Assembly (NCBI GenBank): GCA_016296065.1 | Contig: JAEDKA010000008.1 | Coordinates: 10,180 to 74,179 of the forward strand | Direction of reading: 5' to 3' | Length of the DNA stretch: 64,000 bases | Source of the DNA: Kiritimatiellia bacterium | GTDB taxonomy: Bacteria; Verrucomicrobiota; Kiritimatiellia; RFP12; UBA1067 | Part shown: positions 47,088 to 53,987 of the stretch, one piece after another | How the letters are laid out: every line of letters begins with the position of its first letter | Numbering within the stretch: position 1 is the first letter of the stretch | Program-made: the position numbers and the translations under genes | The notes under the pieces: generated by a model | What the model saw: the letters and a program-made list of their open reading frames with translations, nothing else | Databases searched by the model: none | What the model was told of the DNA's origin: nothing

Positions 47088-48319
47088 TTCGCCTCCTCCG
47101 ACGGACCTTCCATCTCCGCCAGCTTTTCGTTCATTCCCCAAAGCCTCTTGCGCAGGAGATCCTGCGTGTACACAAGCCAGTGCTGCACCTTGCCGATCTG
47201 CTCCTTAGCCTTATCGTCGTCGCGTCCGAGCCATTCGGCCGCAGCCTCGAGGCGGAACTGGCAACTCCCCAGGAGCTGCTGGAAATCGTCGTGCAGCTCA
47301 TAGCTGAGGCGAAGCCGCTCGCGCCTGATCGCCTCGAACTCCAGCTTCTCCAGCTGCTTCTCCCGCTGCGTGAGCTTCAGCTTCATCGAAACCAGCGCGA
47401 GGACAACGGCGATAGCCGCGAGCAGCAGCCAGACGCGCCCCGCAGTCCAGAACGGCGCCTTGGAAAGAACCTCGACGCCGTTTATGTCCATTGGCATCAC
47501 GCTGACGTCGGTGAAGTCGGTCATAACGTGCCGCACCGGATCGTCCACCGGCGAATATAGCATGACGCCCCCGACCAGAACCTTCGCGCCGAGCTTGAGG
47601 TCGTCTGGCAGCGGAGTGTCGATGTTGATCCGCACTGCGGACTGAAAGCTCCTGTTCCCCTCTCCGAGCTGAATCTGCGTGAACGTCTGGCGTCTGTTGA
47701 TGTCGCGCACCGTACCTGCGCATCGCACCATCCGCCCCCACAGATCGTCCGCGCCGGGAACCGTGAGCGGATGCGAATAAAGGTCCGCAATCGTCACGTC
47801 CTTCGGGCGCGGCAGATCCGCCGCTACGTCCTTCAGCTCTGCGACATAAGCGTGGTTGACGCGCCGCGTTGTGTACGTCGCGCGTGACTCCCCGTTCGTC
47901 ACCGAGACAACCGTGCCGACCTTGTAGGCGAAGGCGTCCTTCTCGCGCTCGATGCGCCATGTTCCCGAGCCGTCCGTCGCGGACATGAAGAAATACCTGT
48001 CCCCCGGACGCGAAAAGGTGACTACGCCGTCGAGCGGCAGCTCATGCGCCGAGTTCTGCCTGTAGCCATTCACTTCCCCTGAAAAAACACTCACCGCAAG
48101 CAGAACAAAAAACAAAGACACGACAAAATGACTGGGGGAAGCGGCGTCCCGCCGCTTAGCATCACCACCCTGACTGGGGGAAGCGGCGTCCCGCCGCTTA
48201 GCATGCAAACACGAAACACCACCCTGACTGGGGGAAGCGGCGTCCCGCCGCTTCATGCCAAAAGAAAAAAAGACTCTTTCCCGAAGCGGCGAGACGCCGC
48301 TTCCCCCAGTCATATTCAT
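47084..48319 (-). CDS. Membrane sensor with periplasmic domain and HisKA_3 (DHp) domain but no recognisable ATPase domain. Start is uncertain (ATG 48319/48313 or GTG 48120).
   Basis: TM - ~270-aa extracytoplasmic region - TM - coiled coil - SYELHDDFQQLL H-box. The protein ends ~65 aa later. The 5' 200 nt is made of hairpin repeats. Confidence 0.6.
   Translation of the reverse strand: MNMTGGSGVSPLRERVFFSFGMKRRDAASPSQGGVSCLHAKRRDAASPSQGGDAKRRDAASPSHFVVSLFFVLLAVSVFSGEVNGYRQNSAHELPLDGVVTFSRPGDRYFFMSATDGSGTWRIEREKDAFAYKVGTVVSVTNGESRATYTTRRVNHAYVAELKDVAADLPRPKDVTIADLYSHPLTVPGADDLWGRMVRCAGTVRDINRRQTFTQIQLGEGNRSFQSAVRINIDTPLPDDLKLGAKVLVGGVMLYSPVDDPVRHVMTDFTDVSVMPMDINGVEVLSKAPFWTAGRVWLLLAAIAVVLALVSMKLKLTQREKQLEKLEFEAIRRERLRLSYELHDDFQQLLGSCQFRLEAAAEWLGRDDDKAKEQIGKVQHWLVYTQDLLRKRLWGMNEKLAEMEGPSEEAK
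48129..48312. repeat. Cluster of four 29-nt hairpin units TGACTGGGGGAAGCGGCGTCCCGCCGCTT. Three are direct (48129, 48171, 48225) and one is inverted (ends 48312). The last two form an 88-bp inverted-repeat (MITE-like) element.
   Basis: Read directly from the sequence. Confidence 0.8.
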
Positions 48320-48353
48320 GCAACTTTGCTGTGCTGTTTTTTTCACAAGATCA

Positions 48354-48362
48354 ATTATATCA
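48354..48362 (-). promoter_or_regulatory. Extended -10 TGATATAAT whose TGA is the lyase stop codon. Promoter of the sensor/regulator pair.
   Basis: Read directly from the sequence. Confidence 0.5.
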
Positions 48363-50846
48363 TTTCGGACGGTATTCATCCACCACCCTCCCATTGCGAT
48401 ATGCAACCACCGAAAACCCTGTTTTCGTCGAATGGATGATTTCATCGCTGCGATTATTGTTCCTGTAGCGCACCGTCACCTTCACGCCTTCAGGATCGCC
48501 CTTGAGCGGTTCGCTCGCAACGCTTTCTATCATCGCGTCGACACCCTCTCCGCTCGGCTCGTACACGGCGACGAACGGACGCCGCCATGCTTCGCCTTTT
48601 TGCCGCACAAGAAACGCAGGGCACGGCTTTTCGGAGACTCTGCGGTCGTAGTGGCGGAAAGCCTTCGGCCCTTCCAGCGCATACGCCTCGCGTCCCTCGC
48701 CGCCGTTCGCGACAAACGCACGCATCACGATGCCGCCGCCATAGTCGAAGTCCGCGGTGAAATCGCCGCGCATAGTCCCAAGCGTCTTGAAATATCCGTA
48801 CCCCTTCCCGCTCTGCGGATCCAGGCTGCCCGTTCCCCATTTCCCGTCCCCGGCCCCCCAATCTCCCAGGCAATGGAATATGTAGTCGTGATACTTCTCG
48901 TCTCCCTCGATCACCTTCGAGCGGAAGATGTCGACATAGTAGCCCGTCTTCGATCCGCTGCGCACGATCGCGACCGTGCGGCGCTGGCGAGCCTTCACGT
49001 TCCCTGTGTCACATAGGCTTTCGACGTCGACAAACTGGCGATGCGGCGAGAGCGAGGCGCACACGTCTTCGCCTGCTTTTACGGACGGCTCTGCGGCCTT
49101 TATGTCGAAGACCATCTCGCGGCGATCGTCGAGTCCGAGTCCGTTTACCGCGACCGTGTTGTGCGCCGCTACCTGGCGATAGTATTCGTGCGTGTCGGCG
49201 GACCAGTAGTTCGCACCCGCGCCGGTATCGGGCGCAAGTATTTCGCCTCGTCCGTAAAGCTCGACGGAAAGTCCGTTCGGATGCCTGTGCCCCATCTTAT
49301 CCGAAAAGCCTGCGAGCGAGAACGCGAGCGCATCCGCCGCGTCGCCGCTCTTCGACGGATTGCGCGCCAGAATCACCGGATAGCACGGCGCGTAAGAGAC
49401 GCGGGACAGCTTCGGCGGGGCGACCTGCGGGAGTTCCGAAAGATAGAAAAAGAACGCGATGTCGTCCTTCGCGCTACGACCGCCGGCGAGGCTGACGAGT
49501 CCGGCGCAGCGTTCGAGCAATTCGCGATCTCCCTTCGCGTGCGCATAGGCGGCCATCAGCTCCAGCTGATCCGTGAAGATGCGGTGGTAGGACGAGTCGC
49601 CGATGTTCGTGACGTATCCGTTCGGGAAGATCATCTGCGGCATTGCGCGAGATGCCTTGAAGAGAAGCGGATCGCGCGAGAGAACGTCGAGTCCGTTCTT
49701 CCAGTACAGAAAGCCGAACTTGACGAGCTGCGCTATCGAGCCCTGGCCGTATCCGCCCGGCGCCTCGGGCCACATTCCGGTCGACTCCTCGATGTTCGCA
49801 CGAAGGACGTCGATGTACGCGCCGTGGCGCTCTGTCGTCGGACCTTTCACGAGCCTGCGGACGTAATACTTGCGCCCCTTGCCGTCCGCATATGTCCTGT
49901 CGTCGTCGAGCGCCAGCGCATAGAGCATTGCGCTTTGCTGTTCGTTGAGGTTCCAGTTGCCGACAAGTCCGCCGCCGCGCGTCAATTTGTTGTCGATGAA
50001 CTTCTTGAAGAAAACCTCGAACTGGCGCGAAGCCCACGCCGCGCCTTCGGGGTGGCCCGGACACCACGTCTCGCCCGGAATGCCCCCCGTGAATTCCTTG
50101 CTTGTGAAATACGTATTCTGGAAATAATCGTACAGCATATCCCAGACGAGCGGAATCGTCCAGTAGCGACGCGTGTCGCCCAGAGTCTCCCACGAAAGGA
50201 ATCCGCAGTTGTCGACAGCACCGGGATTGATCTCCTCCTGTTGCGCACCGCCGCGCACGAGCGTCCAGACGATGTCGGCGGCGAACTTCGCATAGCGCGC
50301 ATCGCTTTCCAGCGCATAGAGAATCGCCGATTTGTAGGCGAGGTCGAGAAGCTTTTCGTTTATCAGTTCGGCGGCCATTCCGGAATGCTCGAGCGGCACT
50401 AGGTTGCCGGGGAACTCCGTCGGCTTGTCATTGAGAAACACACCGTCGTCTGTCGTATATGGCGGATTCTTCTCCCATGCGACGCTGCGATAGGGACAGT
50501 CCCCCCATGTACGCGCGTAGGCGACGCGGATCGTCGGATACTTCGCGTTCCCTTCGCGACGCGGGATGAAGTTGCCCTGCGTCCACGCCTTTGTGTAGCG
50601 TCGCCCTTCCATCCAGTTCATCTGAAGACGGCTCGGCGCGAAACTCGGATCGTCCGCATGGCGCAAGACCGCAGAATCTACGTCTCGATGCCAGCGCTTG
50701 ACGATATCACGCGCCCACGCAACATCCTGCGCCTTCTCGCGCAGTGACGGCAGCTCGCCCGCGCGAAAATATACGCACGGATGGCGGCTTTCTGCGAACG
50801 CGCCCCAAATCGCCACGCAGGCGAACATAGCGGTGACAAACTTCAT
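48360..50846 (-). CDS. Heparinase II/III-family polysaccharide lyase, secreted
   Basis: 828 aa. Signal peptide. GHRHPNGLSVELYGRGEILAPDTG...AHNTVAVNG block typical of Hepar_II_III. ATG is 6 nt downstream of TGATATACT. Confidence 0.7.
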   Translation of the reverse strand: MKFVTAMFACVAIWGAFAESRHPCVYFRAGELPSLREKAQDVAWARDIVKRWHRDVDSAVLRHADDPSFAPSRLQMNWMEGRRYTKAWTQGNFIPRREGNAKYPTIRVAYARTWGDCPYRSVAWEKNPPYTTDDGVFLNDKPTEFPGNLVPLEHSGMAAELINEKLLDLAYKSAILYALESDARYAKFAADIVWTLVRGGAQQEEINPGAVDNCGFLSWETLGDTRRYWTIPLVWDMLYDYFQNTYFTSKEFTGGIPGETWCPGHPEGAAWASRQFEVFFKKFIDNKLTRGGGLVGNWNLNEQQSAMLYALALDDDRTYADGKGRKYYVRRLVKGPTTERHGAYIDVLRANIEESTGMWPEAPGGYGQGSIAQLVKFGFLYWKNGLDVLSRDPLLFKASRAMPQMIFPNGYVTNIGDSSYHRIFTDQLELMAAYAHAKGDRELLERCAGLVSLAGGRSAKDDIAFFFYLSELPQVAPPKLSRVSYAPCYPVILARNPSKSGDAADALAFSLAGFSDKMGHRHPNGLSVELYGRGEILAPDTGAGANYWSADTHEYYRQVAAHNTVAVNGLGLDDRREMVFDIKAAEPSVKAGEDVCASLSPHRQFVDVESLCDTGNVKARQRRTVAIVRSGSKTGYYVDIFRSKVIEGDEKYHDYIFHCLGDWGAGDGKWGTGSLDPQSGKGYGYFKTLGTMRGDFTADFDYGGGIVMRAFVANGGEGREAYALEGPKAFRHYDRRVSEKPCPAFLVRQKGEAWRRPFVAVYEPSGEGVDAMIESVASEPLKGDPEGVKVTVRYRNNNRSDEIIHSTKTGFSVVAYRNGRVVDEYRPK

Positions 50847-50852
50847 GCCTAA

Positions 50853-50861
50853 AGTATATCA
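50853..50861 (-). promoter_or_regulatory. Extended -10 TGATATACT, 6 nt before the lyase ATG 50846
   Basis: Read directly from the sequence. Confidence 0.6.
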
Positions 50862-50880
50862 CTGAACTCCACCATCTCCC

Positions 50881-50898
50881 ATCCCCCCGTGGGGGGAG
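50881..50898. promoter_or_regulatory. ATCCC-N8-GGGAG inverted repeat, 22 nt upstream of the lyase -10 box
   Basis: atccccccgtggggggag. Confidence 0.55.
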
Positions 50899-50954
50899 CG
50901 CCACCCCATACACTACGGAAACTCGCTTATACATTCGCCAGAGTTTTACCAATG

Positions 50955-51054
50955 CTAGGGGGTCCGTCGCTCCGCGACGGACAACAAATCCCGATTCAAC
51001 AGCACCTCCATTGTCCCCGCATTGCTCCGTCGCGGAGCGACGGAGCCCCCTGAG
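50955..51054. repeat. Inverted pair of GGGGG + 9-bp-stem hairpins (GTCCGTCGC-TCC-GCGACGGAC and CTCCGTCGC-GGA-GCGACGGAG) around a ~44-nt spacer
   Basis: Read directly from the sequence. Confidence 0.7.
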
Positions 51055-51139
51055 GCGACCTCAACCCATAGTGGGGGTCGCCCCGTGTGGCAAAAGTCCT
51101 GTATGCCGCGAGCGCCGAGCCTTCCGTCGGTTGGAACTT

Positions 51140-51541
51140 CTACGGGTGCTCAAGTCGGCGGAATTCGTATGTCGTCTCGCAGGACGCTTTGCGATCATAG
51201 GCGCAGAGCGTGACGAATGCCGGACGCTTCGCGCGGGGCGGAAGCGGCAGGAACGTGATTTCACCGCGATCGTTTACACGCGCTGCACCCTCGCGGATGT
51301 AGAATCCGTTGGGATTCTCCACCTTGCCTTCGCGCGCCCTCAAGGGAAAGCGCACGATCGCCTGCTGCACCGAGCGCCTGAACTCGCCGTCTCCGGGATA
51401 AACCGCGGCAAGAACGATTTCCCGCGCCCTGTAGCCCTCGAAGCCGTGGCGGTTGAAGCGAACCTCCAACCCCTCGCGTCCCGTCTTCACGCCCGGTCCC
51501 TGCACCACGAACCAGTCGATCAACGTTTCCGGCGGTTTCAT
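51140..51541 (-). CDS. Hypothetical protein (133 aa), no recognisable domain
   Basis: GC3-rich codon pattern and balanced composition. However, the ATG sits inside a repeated hairpin element and no promoter or SD is seen. Confidence 0.4.
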   Translation of the reverse strand: MKPPETLIDWFVVQGPGVKTGREGLEVRFNRHGFEGYRAREIVLAAVYPGDGEFRRSVQQAIVRFPLRAREGKVENPNGFYIREGAARVNDRGEITFLPLPPRAKRPAFVTLCAYDRKASCETTYEFRRLEHP

Positions 51542-51558
51542 CGAAACCGCCCTACCAT
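51531..51558. repeat. 28-nt element GGCGGTTTCATCGAAACCGCCCTACCAT (9-bp stem hairpin), copy 1
   Basis: Identical to 56546-56573. Confidence 0.8.
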
Positions 51559-51612
51559 CGGATTCACCAGGTAGGGCGGCATCGATGATGCCGCCGCCCT
51601 GGGAAAGCCCGA

Positions 51613-53904
51613 TCAGCGGATGATTACGGTCAATCCCGGCTTGACAAAATACGCCGTGAGAACCTTTACGCCGCCATCACCCGCAACCAACTTCGTCCGC
51701 CATGCACCACTTGCAGAAGGTTTGTCTACAACGACCTTCGCCCTGCCGGACGAACCGCTCCCGGCCGTAAGGATCGTGTATTCCTGAGCTGTGTCCAGTT
51801 CGCCCGTCAGCTTCACCGTCAAGTTGGCGACATCGACATCTGTCTCGAATGTCGGCGTGTTTTCCGCTTCGGCCGCGATTTCGACGCACGATCCCGCCTC
51901 GAACGTCGCGCCTTGCGTCGCCGTGAAGCTGCCTGCGAGCGCGCCATGCTCCTTGACGGTGATAGGAACCTTGATAGTGCCGGCCCCCCCAAGGACGGCG
52001 TTCGTGACGATGATTGCCGTTCCCGCAGTGAACTCGGCGGAATCGATGTTGAGCCGTCCGCCCTGCACCGTCGTCGTGCCGCCGTAGACGTGGTTCGTAC
52101 CCGTGAGCGTCCACGTACCGTCGCCGACCTTGACGAGCGAAGTCTTCGTGCCACTCGTCTTTGTCTCATACTGGCGGATGTTGGCCGCAAACGTGCCATC
52201 CTTTCCGAGCGCGCCGACCTCCAACGTGAGGCCGTCCTTGTAGGTACGCAATTCTGAGTTGGTGTAGGCAAGGGCATCTTCCGTCCCCGTGACAAGGTGG
52301 CCGATCCTGAAGACGGTGCCAGCCGTATTCTCCTTGGCGGCAATGTAAAGGAAATTGCGTGCACTCTCTTCCTTGTTCGTCATCACGACAGTTGCATTTA
52401 CGAGAGAGGCCTTTCCGTCCGTAAAGTTGTTGGCGCGCTCCATGTAAACGCCCTTCCAATCCTGCGAACCATCATGCGCATACTCCACATAGAGCGTCCC
52501 CGTGAAATCCGACGTATCTCCGTTCAGGTAGATGGAGGGATGATGTCCGTTGCCGATACATAGTTCACCGTCGCCGAGAATCTTGCCCGTCAACGTAACC
52601 TTTATGTTATCACCCGCATTAGGATCGAAGTTAAGCTTGTTGCCTTTTCCGTATACGTAGATGTCCTGACTCCACGTCCCGTAATCATAGGAAGTGGGGT
52701 TGGTTGTTGCGAACTCGACCCTCGCCCCTTCCGTGAGCGTCACATCACCTGAGCCGAACTGCTTGGGGCTGCGTACGCGCAGCGACACATTTGAGAATAC
52801 CGTCCCGCCTGTATGATAGTTATCGCCCCCCCAAAACTGAACGTTGTCTTTTCCGGTCGTTATGTATTTCAGATTTCCGCCCAACCGACCGAGATAGTTG
52901 CACTTCGCATCACCCCCGAAAACGCCCGCCGTCATTGTCGAAAGCATTGCGTCCACGGAATTGGTTATCATCACGATGTTATCGCCGGAACTCGGAACTC
53001 GCGTCATGGAGCCGATTGTCAGATCATGGCCGTTGAGATCTATCGTCGTGTTTGCGTTGACTTTGATATTCAGATAATGCGTGTCCTTCTCCAGCGTCAA
53101 CTTACCGCCTTCCTCCAGCGTTAGTTCACCCGTCCACACAGGGAAACTCGCCGCGATCCTCGAAATCTGCTCTGCCGTCAACGTCTGGCCGTAGAAACGG
53201 ACATCGTCGAAATAGTTGCTCTTGTTTTCCGTCAAACCTGTCTGTCGGACTCCTCCATTTACGCTGCCGAATTGCCAATGCCCTTCGGCAAGGTCGCTCG
53301 TTATTTCCGAGGCAAGAGGTGTGCCGCCATCGTTCACCAACACACCATCCACATACAGTTTCACATTCTTGTCCTTGTCCATGGTTACGGCGTAGAAATG
53401 ATAGGCGCTTTCGGCATTGGCGACATCTGCTGTGACAAGATCGGCATGTGCGGCATTCGTCCAGAACGGCGATACCGTCACTTTGCCCGCACCGCCGGAT
53501 GCAAGCGCGATGCCACGCGTCTTGGAACCATCGCTGTTGGCGTTGCCGAGTGTAAAGATGGCTCCATTGTCCGTCGAGTTGACCTTGGCCACGACACACA
53601 GCGTCCACTCGAATGCAACGGCAGACTTGACTCCGTTGCCGTAATCGGTATGGCTCGTTATCGCACAGCCTCCCTGCGTCAACGCCCATGTATCGCTGCA
53701 TCTGTTTGTCTCTGGCGAAGCAGAGCCGTAGTTCACCGCATCACAATCGAATTTCCACCATACAACAGGAACGATTCCGTTCTCGTCTTCCTGGTTCTGA
53801 CCTATTGCCAGAGCTCCGCCGAGTGCGGTGCCTCCCGAAAAAAGCGTCAGTGCAGCCAGTATTGGAAAGATTGATCCGGTTTTCATCTTCGATAGTCCTT
53901 TCAT
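51613..53904 (-). CDS. Large secreted protein: LamG/concanavalin-like domain plus autotransporter-associated beta-strand (PATR) repeats
   Basis: Signal peptide. HFYAVTMDKDKNVKLYVDGVLV...DDVRFYGQ (LamG-like). VGDGTWTLTGTNHVYGGTTTVQGGRLNI (PATR-like). Confidence 0.65.
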   Translation of the reverse strand: MKGLSKMKTGSIFPILAALTLFSGGTALGGALAIGQNQEDENGIVPVVWWKFDCDAVNYGSASPETNRCSDTWALTQGGCAITSHTDYGNGVKSAVAFEWTLCVVAKVNSTDNGAIFTLGNANSDGSKTRGIALASGGAGKVTVSPFWTNAAHADLVTADVANAESAYHFYAVTMDKDKNVKLYVDGVLVNDGGTPLASEITSDLAEGHWQFGSVNGGVRQTGLTENKSNYFDDVRFYGQTLTAEQISRIAASFPVWTGELTLEEGGKLTLEKDTHYLNIKVNANTTIDLNGHDLTIGSMTRVPSSGDNIVMITNSVDAMLSTMTAGVFGGDAKCNYLGRLGGNLKYITTGKDNVQFWGGDNYHTGGTVFSNVSLRVRSPKQFGSGDVTLTEGARVEFATTNPTSYDYGTWSQDIYVYGKGNKLNFDPNAGDNIKVTLTGKILGDGELCIGNGHHPSIYLNGDTSDFTGTLYVEYAHDGSQDWKGVYMERANNFTDGKASLVNATVVMTNKEESARNFLYIAAKENTAGTVFRIGHLVTGTEDALAYTNSELRTYKDGLTLEVGALGKDGTFAANIRQYETKTSGTKTSLVKVGDGTWTLTGTNHVYGGTTTVQGGRLNIDSAEFTAGTAIIVTNAVLGGAGTIKVPITVKEHGALAGSFTATQGATFEAGSCVEIAAEAENTPTFETDVDVANLTVKLTGELDTAQEYTILTAGSGSSGRAKVVVDKPSASGAWRTKLVAGDGGVKVLTAYFVKPGLTVIIR

Positions 53905-53946
53905 AAGTTCACGAAGCTATTTTACACCCGGCTGTGCGTCTGCGCC

Positions 53947-53964
53947 ATCCCTTGATGGGGGGAT
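53947..53964. promoter_or_regulatory. ATCCC-N8-GGGAT inverted repeat, 22 nt upstream of the TAAAAT -10 box of the PATR protein gene
   Basis: atcccttgatggggggat. Confidence 0.55.
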
Positions 53965-53987
53965 GGTGCATCCCCCGCAAGACAGAT

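Noticed and set aside
42023-47303. Very long plus-strand ORFs (42023-44107, 694 aa; 44709-47303, 864 aa)
   Set aside because: They are antisense to GH43, GH39 and the response regulator. They are Arg/Val/Leu/Asp-rich with no motifs.
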